NCBI RefSeq assembly: GCF_036588685.1
Contig: NC_086385.1
Span: forward strand, 25,195,216-25,259,215
From: Mytilus trossulus
Taxonomy: Eukaryota
Direction: 5' to 3'
DNA length: 64,000 nucleotides
Position 1 is the stretch's first letter; every line of letters starts with the position of its first letter. Shown here piece after piece: positions 13,931-27,114 of this stretch. Made by a program: the position numbers and the translations under genes. Below the pieces are notes generated by a model. That model had not been told where the DNA came from. It worked only from the letters and a program-made list of their open reading frames with translations, and searched no databases.

Positions 13931-15579
13931 GGCAGCAGCTATTTAATTTTCGTAAAAGGGGGGAGTTAGATTTTTTCATGAAAAATTTTGGTGACAAGTT
14001 GAAAACATTTTTTTTCTTTCAATTTTAGGCCACACCAATTTAATTTCTTGTTCTACGGATTTTTGGACTCCAAAATTTGGGGAGAGCGAGCGATTTGAAA
14101 ATTTAAATAAAAAAATATTTATTTTGCAAATTCTTGAGGCGAAGCTTGAAAAGTAAAGGCGAGCGATTATAATTTTTTTTTGTTAACATAAAATAGTAGG
14201 TTTCAACAATATTAAAACTTGATTTATCACTGGTACTTTGTTATTTCTTTAATTTCTGAAGTATTTTTTCCCTGTTCACCAAGAAATAATTAAATCTGGT
14301 CTATATATGTGTGACTGACAATGAGACAGTTCTCCATCTAAGCCATATTCAGTTTGGGGGCAACCCCTTAATGTTATAAATATCCCTTTTTCATGTTTTA
14401 TGAGTGATCAATATAAGTTATAATATATTTGTTTGTACAAAAGGGCTCATATTTTCTCAAAGAACTATACATCTATCGTATTAAATGGTCAAAACATGTC
14501 CAAGAATTTTGTAATATTCCTGGACTTTAACCATGTTAGCACATTTACTTTTAAAACAGTTTAATATTATTCAAAATAAGTGTACCCCTTTTTTTTAGAA
14601 AAAAAGTTGTTTAAAATATGATGTAACTCTCTTCTTTTTGAGTAGAAAATTCTAAGTTTTCAAAGGTTTTGAATAGAAGAACTATACGAATCCTTGGTAT
14701 TTCTAATTTCTTTTCTACATCAGTAAAATGACCCCTTGTCTGATAATAACAAACACAGGTAAAAGTACGACATTTTACATGGGGCTTTGATACAGACCAA
14801 ACAACAAGCTATACAGGGCCCCACAATTATTAGCGTACACAATTCAAACAGGAAAACCAACGATCTAATTTATATATCCAAACGGGAAAATACCAATGAA
14901 CAACATCAATAAACGATAACTGCTGAACGACAGGCCACTGAATCAATCAGGACAGGTGCATAAACATGCAGCGGCTATAGATAGTTTTGTTCGCCAGCAT
15001 ACACTTTAATTGCCGTTGAAGGCAAATCCTTCAGAAGTTCTGTACTTTATTCTAACAACGAACATATTTTGATAGGGAATATAAGTAAGGGGGAAAGAAA
15101 CCAATGTTTTGTTCTTTATCGGTATATATTTCCGCTTTTATAAATTTATCGGAGCACTCCTCCTTTGGATAAATAGGTTTCATGCTGAAACAAATATTCT
15201 CACAGATATTTAAGAAGTGTGGTGGTGTGCTCTTATGTTTTAAATCGTTATATACAGGTTAGACTGTGATTTTTATAATATTTACAAAATAAAAACGGTG
15301 CGGGAAATGGACATGATTACATTTCCGGATGCGGGAAGCGGGAATATAAAAAAAATTAAAAAAGATCTGTTTTGAGAAAAAATAGGTGCGGGCGGGTCCG
15401 TCGAACAAGGAATCAAATTGTTGAGGCCTTAGCATTATATATATTTGCAGCTAAGAGCGAAAAAAAAAAAATCAGTGTAAAAAACAATTTATTTCTCCAA
15501 AAACTGGAAACATTTTTTTTTCCAAAAAAATCCATTGCCAACCACACACACATTCCCCCGAAAATCAATGGGTGCTGCC
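13931..15579. mobile_element. MITE (middle of the nest), TTA TSD
   Basis: Imperfect TIR GGCAGCAGCTATTTAATTTT / AAAATCAATGGGTGCTGCC; TTA at 13928-13930 and 15580-15582. Confidence 0.7.
14028..15428. mobile_element. Harbinger-type non-autonomous element (inner of the nest), TTA TSD
   Basis: TIR GGCCACACCAATTTAATTTCTTGTTC / GAACAAGGAATCAAATTGTTGAGGCC; TTA at 14025-14027 and 15429-15431. Confidence 0.8.
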
Positions 15580-17315
15580 TTATTTGTTCGGCAGTGATGC
15601 TGCTGTGAGTCTTGATCAGGGGCTAATAAAGTACGTTAATTTAAAAAAAAAAAAAAAACATAATATACATTTTAGACATCAATTTCTGAAAAGAACTTTA
15701 TTTATAATTGTTGAAATTATCAATTTTATTCAAAAAAAGTTTCCTCCTTAAATATAAACACGGTAACGCTAATGTCCTAAATGCCTAGTTTTGTGTACAC
15801 TTAACGTACACAAGGCCTACATTGAGTATCGACTGTGTGTAGCCCAAACATGATTTAAACTACATGTAAACATTGAGTTTTATCAATGGGAACGGATTTT
15901 TTGTTTAGTTTACGTGTGAGTTACACTAACACAACATCGAATTTAGGTCAGTGTGAACACGGCCTTAGTTCATGTGTCATACGCAAGTAAAGTTGGACGC
16001 CATGTTTTGTTTTACGTCCAATATTTAGTTTTCCTGTTTCTGTTAAATCCAGCTTGGAAAATTTTGATTATTTAACAGTGAAACGTACATGAACCAATAT
16101 GTATAACTGTTCACATTATAGATCACAATGGAATAACTCCAACACAATCTTAAAGACTCAGTTGGTTGCTTACAGTTTAAACTTTGATATTGTCAACAAG
16201 AGGATCAACTACTTGTCATAAAATTACTTTCAAAAAGCAAATGATCAGCAGATTACATATGGACCCTGCAAGTAACAGACATTTAGTTGGCTATTGCATT
16301 ACCTTTTTATTCAAAAGTATGAGCATTAACTGACCGAAACTCTTGAACTAAACATAAATCATGAATCTGAAATAATACCGTAAACGGTAGCAAATTTTAA
16401 AGACATTCTACATATTCATCAATTGATAACGAGATGCTCCAAAAATGAAAATGTCAAATACTTCTTTTTATATTTTCCTATGTTTATCTATAATATTTCT
16501 TTAGATGTTCTTTTTTAGCAGAATTTTTTGATAGGTCATATATTGTTCATTTACAGAAAGATTAAACAAAGGAGCGTACTACTTACAGTCATTTGTTACT
16601 GTGAATTATTGTCAGTAATTGTCAGAAAACTGTAATTACTGTTAATTTTTGAAAAACGTTTTATGTTTGACACAGAGCAGTATTGAAAACAAAACAATGT
16701 ACGATTGATATTATTTTTTTCAAAACGAGTTACAAAGTCTAATGCCTTGCAGGGTATTTTAAAAGTTTGATGTCCTTTGGAATATTTTTCAAATATAAAA
16801 CACGAAATTTCTTAAACGACCATGACCTTTCACGATAAATTTAAAACAAACTGATTGCCAACACTAAATTCTAATACATTAAAAATGCTAATGAAGGTAA
16901 CTAAATATTACATAAATTACAGTTATGTTAATTTATTGTGCAAAATAGATTATATAACACGATTCTGAAACTGACTTTGAAATAAATCATACGAAGGCAG
17001 ATCAGCATTTGAAATTGCATTTTTCAGCTCAAGTTACCCAAGTCAGATTGATTGAATTTCTCTGATCGGTAATTATTATTAGTCATGCATGATCATGTAC
17101 ATTTTATACAGAACACGTGATTATCGGTAGTCATTTTACATATACAGTCTATGTTTCAGATTTGTTTTCAAATTTGGCGAACGGACACAGCTCATATATA
17201 GAACAAACTGTATTCAGACATATACGAAGATTTGTATAAATAATGAGTTTTGCAACACATATTGTAGTTATGTACAAACACCTCGTAAAATTTGTGACTT
17301 TTCCATCTTTATAAG

Positions 17316-17566
17316 GAATTCGTTGCATTCAATCACCCATAATAGTCAGCCTTTTTCAACGCTAGATAGAGACAGTTCAACTGGTGCTTGTCCAAAGCGA
17401 TTTAATGGTGCTTGGAGGTATAAAAACCTGTCACCACTCTAATCTAAATGAATTGTACTCAAATGGTTCTCACAAAACATTTGCATATGGTATTGAATTA
17501 TACCACTGGAAAGGTGATAAATATTCCCTGAAGAAGACACAAATAATGATTCGACGCCGTCGTTAA
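17316..17566 (+). pseudogene. Terminal exon of a fibrinogen-related domain (FReD) gene, frameshifted
   Basis: [82 protein letters not shown] matches the fibrinogen C-terminal consensus FST.DRD...C......WWY..C..SNLNG.Y....GI.W..WKG..YSLK...M.IR. There is an extra A in the run at 17422-17426, W>R and G>E changes, and no upstream exons were recognised. Confidence 0.85.
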
Positions 17567-18620
17567 CATGATATTGTATGTCATAATTGATGATACTCAT
17601 TGCTTATAGACTTAGAAATAAATGCTGTTTATGGTACCTTAACGCATAAGATTACAGGAAGACGTGTATTCTCTCGTTTATATTTTGAGTGGTCATACGT
17701 ACGTAAAGAAGAAACACAAATATTGCATGCTTTCAAAATTTACTTTTAAACATAAAAAGATATATTCTCTGGGTTGTGGTAGTCTCTTTTCATCTTGCTA
17801 TTTGTTTTATAAATAACTTTAAATTATAAAATTTTATAACTTATATTATCTAATCAAAACTTCATTTTAACTAATTGATTTTTTCAACATTTTATATTTA
17901 CACTTATGAAAAATTATATGAACTATTAGTAAGCTCATACAATAATTAATTTTGATATTGCAAAAAGAAAAGAAAAACACAATTACAATAAAGAGTGGAA
18001 AAATCAGAATTTTAAAATTTTGAAAAAAGTGGGAATAACCTGTCAAACATTACTTGCTACAAATATTAATAAAAAAAAATAATCCATATTGCAAGTCAAT
18101 TTTCAGATATGTTTTGACTTTTCCTCCATTTGAAGAAAATCTGCCATTCATTAGGATTTTAAAATTTATGAAATTTTATTTTATTTTCATCAGTTCATGT
18201 AAGCCTTGAGCTAAGGTTTTGGTGACGCATAAACTCATCATGCATTGTATACTTTTCGATGGAAATAGCTAGTATATAGTTTAAAAAAGATAAAGCGCAT
18301 TTGTTTTCATATTTTCTGAGCGTCATATCTAACAATTAAACTGATCTCAGAGAAGGATACCCCTTTGATATCCTTTTTCCAAAAAAATAATTTAGATATG
18401 GTCATATTGTTTTAGCATTTATATGTCTATACAATATAAAATAATACATGTTGGTCTTGAAGTATATATTCTAGGCGCTTATATTGTATAACATCTTGAG
18501 TATTTGCTATACATGTTATAGTGTTCCTTTAATTGTCTTTGCATATTATTAACCTTTACTATATAGTACATTGGCACTCGGTACTTATGCATCTCGCCAT
18601 TGTGTCACTGTGTTATCGTC

Positions 18621-19130
18621 ATTTTTATACGACCGCAAAAATTCTTTTGGGTTCGTATAATGCTATGATGTCGTCGTCGTCGTCCGAAGACACATTTGGT
18701 TTCCGGACAATTATTTTAGTTTTAGTCAATAGATCTCTATGAAATTTTACAAGAAGGTTCAATATCGCAATAGGAAGGTTGGGATTGATTTTGGGGGTTA
18801 TGGTACCAACAGTTTAGGAATCAGGGGCCAAAAAGGGGCCAAAAACAAGCAATAACTTGTGTGTAAGTGTATGGATCTCTCAGACATTGTACCACAATGT
18901 TGCATATATCAAAGGGAAGGCTGGGATTGAGTTTCATGGTAATTGCCCTAAACATGCAGGAATCAGGGCCAAAAAGGGGCCAAAAACAAACATATTAGTA
19001 GTTTCCAGACAATAACTTGTGTTTAAGTGTATGGATCTCTCTAAAATTGTACTACAAGGTTCCATACCACAAAAAAGTCCGTGATTGAGTGTGGGGGTAA
19101 TTGCTCCAAAAGGGGTGGGTTCCATATAGG
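18621..19130 (+). mobile_element. Helentron/HINE-like non-autonomous element with internal tandem subrepeats
   Basis: Starts TTTTTATACGACCGCAAAAA, followed by a (GTC)n microsatellite and 2-3 internal repeats (GGGCCAAAAAGGGGCCAAAAAC...AATAACTTGTGT..AAGTGTATGGATCTCTC), the usual architecture of DINE-1/HINE elements. Confidence 0.55.
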
Positions 19131-20611
19131 AGACATACAGTCAAAACTCACTTTAGACGTTGGAGGCTAAGTGGAAACGCAGGTCTGTTACTTTAAATTT
19201 GTCTCGTAATGATTAAGGGCCCAGTCAGTTATAACCCAATTTGGAACTGAGAAGAACTCAAAGGGTGCCTTAAAAAATTGCGGTATCAAAAAGGGTATCA
19301 AATTTTTCAACACTTAGAAGGCTTTTGAAAATACAAAACTAGTCCAATTCTGCAGGCCTTTTTCGAACAATCGTGCAAGACGAAAACCAATTCAACAAAT
19401 ACATTTAATGGTAATTCGAGTCATCTGCACACGTATCTGTAGCATTTCGTTCAGATGTTATATATATATATATCTTCAGGGGCGGTAGGACCTTTTTCGG
19501 GACGCCTTTATTTTTTGCGGAAATTCGGGAGTGGGACTTTATTTTCACAGGAAATCGGGATTAACCCTTATCGGGACTCGGGAATTAATGATTATTTTTT
19601 CCGGTCCCTAAAACGAATGCTTCATTTTTTCGGAAATTCAGGATGACACCCCTTACTTACGCCTCTTTATCGTGTGTCATCAATGTGTTCTTTGAGCTTA
19701 ATTTCAATATGTAGTTATAAAGCTCCTGACATATTTGGGCATATAAACCTCCTTGGCTTTCAAATTTAAGGTTTGACCGTATTGATGAAGACAAATCCAT
19801 AAAAGCACTGATGGCACAGGAAATTATTAATTGATACTACTAATATTTGTTTCCTAAAATGATTGATCGCAAAATCATGATCGAATATCTATAACAACGA
19901 TTAATGATTGTAACTATGAGTTAAAATGACATTTTTTACATCTGTTTTAGTGTGAATTATTTTTTCCCTTGGCCTACAGAGGAGAATTCAGGTTGAGACA
20001 CACCTTACCCGTCGCTACTGACTTGTCTAAATCTATTATTTGTGACATAAAATATATCTTCCCAGCTTGCTCTGCTCATCCCAATTGTTAGGGTTACAAC
20101 TCAACTAAAGTAATATCCTCAATTTTAACATGTAGCAAAGTATGTTGATATGATGTACAGGATGAAAAAAAAAGAACGAAAATGCGATAAAAATGAACGC
20201 AGATGATGTGGGTAAAATGTCAGTAAGACTATAACATTTAATCCCTAGAAATCCCCGAAATATTAGTGCATGAAGTCCTGGGTCTACTACTGCTGCAATC
20301 TTCTATTTGAATATTAGAATTTGAATGCACGTATATTTCGTTATAAAAATAAGGATATTTAATGTTGAAGGGCTGCAATTGTTATGTTATTGGAAGGAGT
20401 GTCGTGAATTTTTTTTCAAGGAAGGGGATTGAACATAAATCAAGAAATTTCAATATCATCTCCCAGGTCCTTCCGATGAAAGAAATTGACGAGTCCTTAA
20501 GATATGGTTGTTCAACCTTCAACACATGAACGTCGTGTGCCGTAGAACGACACTTTGTGACGAATTTGTAAAGAGAAAGATAACTATCTAGTAACAATCC
20601 GTGAAAAAACA

Positions 20612-23461
20612 CTACTTTCTGGTAGTTGGGATAGCATCATAAGGCCGCTGCTTCCTTGCAAACGATTTTAATCGTGCCTCCTTAACAGTAAACGGTGATG
20701 TTCCGAACATAAGGCAAATAATTACTTCTATGATGTCCATGTTCTGTGTCTTCATACAAAATCGGGCAAAAACGTCCGTTACATCTGAGAATACTTCTAA
20801 TGTCTGCCAAGCTGACCCCGTCACTTTCCGGTGAAATGCTGACACAGTGTTATACCCACTTAATGCATGGAAGAAAGGAAAAGCTGCATCACGAGGACCA
20901 AACGAATTTGATGTGAAATGTACAGGAAGCCATCGACAGTCTTTATTCCTTTAAAAACCTATCAACAATTTGTCAACACCCTATCTTGCTTGTATAAGTA
21001 CTGCAATTCCTAATACTACTACTTTCTATGTCAGTACTACTTAAAATTACTTTTTACAACAATTTTCAGCAGCATACTTATCATGGCCTATCATTCGTGT
21101 ATCTGCATTTTCATGGTTACAAGGAGATGGCTAGGAAATATCCGTATTGAAATTGCAAAGAATATTTCCACCGTGAGTAGCATAAACATTTTCATTAGTC
21201 TCTAAAGAAGCAATTCTATCGGCAAGAAACTTGAAAATTCCGTTTTGTTGTCATCTTCACACAGAAAAGTATTCCAAACCCTTGGCGTTCTACCAGAATC
21301 AACAACTTTCCGTCTAGCACCAGTACTTTCCCTTTTTCGTCCCAGCCTTTAAATAAATAATTTAGTAATCATCAAATCGATGTTTACTCTTGGATACTTA
21401 TGGAAGGAAGATTTCATGTAAAGCAGTATGATATCATTTGAATAATCATCAAATATGTTTGCCTCAAGTGGTGGCAATAAATTAACCATTGCTGCCCCAG
21501 CAGCGATAAATTCGTCAGAATTTGGATCATTTGATGGCAAATCGTTTCAAGTATACCCATTTGCTGCAATTTAATACCACATCCTGACACAAAGACGGAG
21601 TAGCAGTTTGGTTTTCATGGCTAACTAAGAAATGAAAAGTCTAGAAAAGAGCTCGCAATCAGTGTTCAGGTTCTCTAGCTTTGTTTTTTTGACAAAGAAG
21701 TTTTAAGTTTCATTTAAAGGCTTTTATAGGGACACGTTCTTTTTCATCTGGGTAAAAAAGCAGATTCTCCTTTGTTTTGCATTTGCTTCAAAAGATCGTA
21801 CTGTTTGGACCAAATATCTTAGAGTTTATATACATATCTTACCTACTACTATGAATCACCAATTTCCTTAAAAGTGTCATTTTTTTTTATAAATCTGACA
21901 ACTCTTCTTGAAATGGATTTCCAAACTCGTTCATCCTTTTAGAAAGCCGTTAAAGTGTTTCGAAGAAATCCTTTTGTGTTTTCGTATAGTTTTCATGACG
22001 TCGTTCATTTGTTATAGAAAGACTCAAATCACTAAGTCTAAAACTAAAACTACTGACTTCTGGTCCATCTACCATCCATCGTCTCGAAGTGATCTTCGAT
22101 TAAATGTATGGTACCAACATCGCCGTTCACGACTCATTATTTTGTATTTGTGCCTGATCAATTGTAATATAAGAAATCAATTGCAACTTGCTGGTCTTGC
22201 GTACAGTAAAAATTACAATTTGCAAATTGCATTGCCACCCGTGGGGGATATTTGGGAAGGGAAGCAATATCTTTGAGATAGATCGGTAACCATCGAGCAT
22301 TATTTACACAATCAAGACCAATATTGGTATTATGCTTGACATGGACTGTTTGTAAAGAACGATATATGACTCATGAAATCAGCGTAATTACTGCACATGC
22401 ATGACATGTCTAGGCACATGAAGTTCTTAATTCATATGACTCTCTTTCCTTTCACCCGTTGATCACAAACTTGAACATCACACAGTCATGAACTATATTT
22501 TCTGTGTTTACGCTTTCAATACGGCTGACATTATCGATTCTTGAAAGCAAACCACATGCAATTATCTGATGTGCTTGTCTATTTCGAATTACATTTGAAC
22601 ATACATGAAAATCATTTGTCATTCTAGGTGTTGCAATATTGGCTTCCGTGAGGGCACATGTCCTTCCACTTTCACGCAATATATCACTCAGAAGCCATTT
22701 TAATGTACACTCCACCAAATATGACGATAAACTTATGTTCTCCGTACAAATCTTGCCATTCCAACTGAAATTGCTAAGCCAATATCAAAGGGTTTATCTG
22801 CAGCTATAATTGATGTTTCTCCGATATTTTAGAAAGTTAACCACCTTTTTCACCTTATCCATTAAATGCTTGATCTTTGCAACTGAAAGGGCGTGTTTTC
22901 AAACAGTGACATCAAAGAAGTAACACTTTATACTCAAACAGAAGAGCATAGATGCTTAGAGGAATGAATGACGACAAAGATATGTTTAAAAAATTCAAAT
23001 CCTTATCTGTTAGATGTACTACGATTTCCATCATTGTGCCATTATTAATAAAAGTTTGCGCATGCGCGAAATTATTAAACGCATGTGTATCATAACCTTA
23101 AAAAAATGTCATCAAACAAATTCATAACATCATTACAAATTCAAAAGCGATAATTATGTAATAAATAGTTCAAATGTGAATTTTGTAACATTGTCACGCA
23201 TGTGCAAACCCAGAACATGTCAAATATTCATTTCTAGTATACACGTCACGTGTAAAGAAGATATCCACCAAACCTGATGATAAAATTACTGAAAGAAGGT
23301 CAAAGAAAACCTTTTCTTTATAATTTGAAAAAAATGAAATTTTCTTATGGCCAGCATTTTTTTCTCAAAAAGTAAATAATAATGATGCTTCGTGCTAATT
23401 TTCATGCTTGTATCATCATTTGCACAATTCGCTTGATTTTGCTTGCTTATATCGTCCACTA
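20612..23461 (-). mobile_element. Decayed Academ element, family 2 (5' TIR intact, 3' end missing)
   Basis: Terminus on the minus strand TAGTGGACGATATAAGCAAGCAAAATCAAGCGAATTGTGCAAATGATGATACAAGCATG matches the left TIR at 34536. Relic motifs: FFHALSGYNTVSAF, ARLKSFARKQRPYDAIPTT, DILRESG.TCALTEANIAT, RQAHQI. Confidence 0.8.
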
Positions 23462-23686
23462 CAATGTCCACGAGATGATGAATTATATGTTAAAAATGGT
23501 TATTTTGAAATCTCAGGAAGAGATTTTGTATGAATTTATAGGGTTTGCTATACTTACCATGAAATTACATTAATATTATAAAGAATATGTTTGCTTTCAC
23601 AACATGTTCTCATCGCAATTGACTAGGTGATTAAAAATTACCTCCATAAGATGTACTCAACTACGCCATAATTTACCTGTGTAAAA

Positions 23687-24183
23687 GAGGGACGAAAGAT
23701 ACCAGAGGGACAGTCAAACTCATATATCGAAAATAAACTGACAACACCATGGCTAAAAATAAAAAAGACAAACAGACAAATAATAGTACAGAAGACACAA
23801 CATAGAAAACTAAAGACTAAGCAACCCGAACCCCACCAAAAACTGGGGGTGATCTCAGGTGCTCCGGAAGGGTAAGCAGATCCTACTCCACATGCGGCAT
23901 CCGTCGTGTTGCTTATGTTATTACTAATCCTGTATATAAGTCTGATTCGGTAGGTAACATTCGTGAAAAGGAAGGGTATTGTAGTTACGACATAAGGAAC
24001 ATATCCGATATCATCTGTGAAACGGTTATTCCATAACGGTCAACCAACTCGTGATGGCGTCCGTAAAATTACGAAGGGATGATTTCAACTTCGCCACTTG
24101 GAACTCTTGGTTTAATAGCTTCCTTGTGAGCAGCAATCCTCTATCAAGGAAATCATGATAGGAAATACAAGCCCGGGAATATC
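23687..24183 (-). mobile_element. Short 5'-truncated Penelope-like element (RT C-terminus plus 3' UTR) inserted into the left inverted repeat
   Basis: Translates YSRACISYHDFLDRGLLLTRKLLNQEFQVAKLKSSLR/FYGRHHELVDRYGITVSQMISDMF, homologous to the end of ORF 12119-13024. It splits GTGTAAAA|TACAGTAAC, which is intact in the right repeat. Confidence 0.85.
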
Positions 24184-27030
24184 ATACAGTAACTTCAGTT
24201 TTAATTTGTCGTTTAATTAAATAATTACAATTGTGTGAACAAAAACCTGAGTTTATTATAGGGTTGGTGGTAGATTGTGTTAAGTATATTTAACCCTATA
24301 AATTCATATAAAATCTCTTCTTAAGAATTCAAAAATAACCATTTTATATGAATTTGGTTAAATATATTACCAATGTTATTTCAACTGATCGGGCGGAGCT
24401 TACGTTTTAATTTGCATAAGGACAGTATATGTGAAGATGTGTGTGATAAGGATGATTACCGTTATAATTATTATTGATTTCTAATCACCTATCAGTGTCA
24501 TCAAAGGAATTTACAAAACAATGACTGTACACTTCATTTTTGAGTTTATCCTTAAACCCCTAACTATAGATGGACTGGTTTATTATGAGCGAACCGGTTA
24601 AACTCCGCCCAGTCAAGTGAAATAAATTGAGTAATACTTACTATGAAATTACATTTATATTATATAGAATATTTACTGATTAACAATTAGAATTTCATTT
24701 AGGTGGAGGGTGAATTCTCTCACACATATACAATTTCCAACATACATGTATATAAAAATCTATGTCAAAATTGTTAAAAAATAACTCGACTTAATTTTGT
24801 AAATACGGAAGTTATTCAAAACCGAAGTTACTAAATTTAAATTTATTACACAAAAAAGTTATGCTGTATAACTATATGTACCAATGGCAAAACTCTGTAG
24901 ATTGCATTAATAAATGCAAAAATAGACTTGAATAAATAATCTGAAGGCCAGTATGACAATTATTTCATTGAAGCTCCTTCATAATGAGTTAAATGTGTTG
25001 TAACATTATTGCAACAGTAAAAAAACATTTTTTTTTAATTTTTTTTTTTAATTTGTCATGTGAATAGGTTGTTTTTATTGCTTGTACAAATCGACAAGAA
25101 CTAATTCAACCTTAGTATCATTTACTTTTCATCTTTGAAATATTAGTTTTCCAAACTTTAGTTTATTTGAAAACAATAAGCTTCTCTCTCACTTTCCATT
25201 GTTTTCTCTAAAATTCTAATATAATAACAGAGTTTATATGATTGCTGTCATCTTTTGATAACCTGATCATTATCAATATCTTTCAAAATAAATTCTTTTG
25301 TTCTTAAATGTCAAAGAATTATCATCAATTAAAATAGTCTTTGTAAATCAGTGTCCTTAATACCAACAAAGTATAATAAAGACTCAAGCAAAAGTTGTTT
25401 CATGATTATGATAAATCTGGATCAATCTATAAACATTTTTTTGAAGTTATAGTCCCCTTGAGTACTATTTTTTCTAGATATACTACTCTTGTTAAAATTT
25501 AATAGATTTAGGTTGAAAATATTTTTGTCAAGAGAAGTCCTTCATTACAGGAATGACATGATAATTTTCCAAACCGACTAAACTTTAGAGTCTGATAGAA
25601 ATTTCTATGAATGGTAGAACCTTTGAATACAATGTCCACCAGTTCAACAATGAACAAACATTATCTTTGTGTTTAGTAAAAAAAAGAAAATGGACAAATC
25701 AGTGGAAATGTTTAAGTATACATGTTTTCAAATGGTATCATATTGCTTCTACAGAGCATTTGGATGTTGAACAAGCCAAAACTGTTGTCCTAATAAGCCA
25801 AAAAGAATGCTGACAGATGATTTTCTCCAACTATGAAAAATACGTCTGTCAATTGTGTTTTGATATTTCTAATTAAAATCTCACAATGGTAGACTGTCTA
25901 CAATATGAACCTTTAGGCACGATTGATTATAAATTATAAATTGCCATGTACAGTTCCAAATTTAAAGAAACAAAAATTTGACATATTGAACAACTCTTGA
26001 ACTGTTGCTCTTGACAAATTTTTTTTTCATAAATTATTTCGCAATCAGAAATACTAACATGCAACTTGTCAAATATAGTTCTATACATGTATTTAAAGAA
26101 AACACATGTTTGACAATATGGAAAACACTTGTACTAACTTGCTTTTGATAAGTGTTCTTAGTTGTTACATAAATGGTTTCACATTCAGAAATGCTCATTT
26201 TATTTCTCTCTTAGTTCACCTTATCTGAATTCTATACATTCTGATATGGTTCCATATATACCAACCAAAACACTTTTGGTAGTAATTGTTTGACTTCAAC
26301 CCAGTCATTTGGTTAAACTAAAAGTCACTCTGAAGAATTTTGTATTTGTCCACAGATTTGACAAAACAAAATAAATGGTATTTATATAATCACATCTTTC
26401 AAAACAGTATTGAATCAAAATTCAAAGTAACTGTTAATAAACATAGTTCAATTTTGTCTAGTATATTCTTGCATAAAATACTAACTCTATGCTAGATATC
26501 TAATATTATTTCTGCAACTGCAGAAAAAGACTAAGAAATGTTGTTAGATAATTGTCTGGTCATTATGAAACTTGAATAGTGAATACCATCAATTTGGGAA
26601 TTAAATCACACCCAATCTATTTGGAAACCTTCCTACATGTAGATAAGTCACAACTTGACTTTAACAAATCTTGACAAGACTAGATTTTTTTTGCACTCTT
26701 TGTTAATAATGAACAAAAATAAAAAAATAAACAGTGGCATTTAAAATTTAGATATTAACAAATGTCTTGCACTTATAATCATGGAATTATCATATTGCAT
26801 TTTACTTCCATGTACTAACAGACTATTGAATGTTAATTGCTAACTTTGAATCAGTCTTTTAAATACACTGCATTTCGTATATTTTGCTCTTAGATTAATT
26901 GCTTCTACAGGTGCTAAGATTTGAGAACCAATTGCAATATATATAATTGGTACAATGTTAGCCCAAAATACCTCTTCTTTTTTTCTGCGTCTTGTAAAGA
27001 CTGGCTAAAAAGAAGCTTTATATAAAGAGA

Positions 27031-27114
27031 GCACTCGCACCCGCAAAGTGGAGAGGGATTAATATAAGTTGCAAAACTTGTTTCCCAATCCACTCTAAAT
27101 AAATATGTTTAAAC
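27031..27114 (+). mobile_element. 84-bp retroelement 3'-tail insertion with TSD
   Basis: Flanked by TAAAGAGA at 27023-27030 and 27115-27122; AT-rich tail AAATAAATATGTTTAAAC. Confidence 0.6.

Larger units (their letters stand above)
13049..15964. mobile_element. PIF/Harbinger-type non-autonomous element (outer of a nest)
   Basis: 14-bp TIR GGCCGTGTTCACAC / GTGTGAACACGGCC with TTA on both sides (13046-13048, 15965-15967). Confidence 0.8.

Noticed and set aside
16170-16270. Further ankyrin exon bounded by AG/GTAAG
   Set aside because: All three frames contain stops and there is no ankyrin motif.
23851-23910. SECIS in the 3' UTR of the short Penelope fragment
   Set aside because: It has a GA/GA-like core (CGAC/UGAG), but helix II is only 5-6 bp and there is no apical AA at the required distance; at most a k-turn-like structure.
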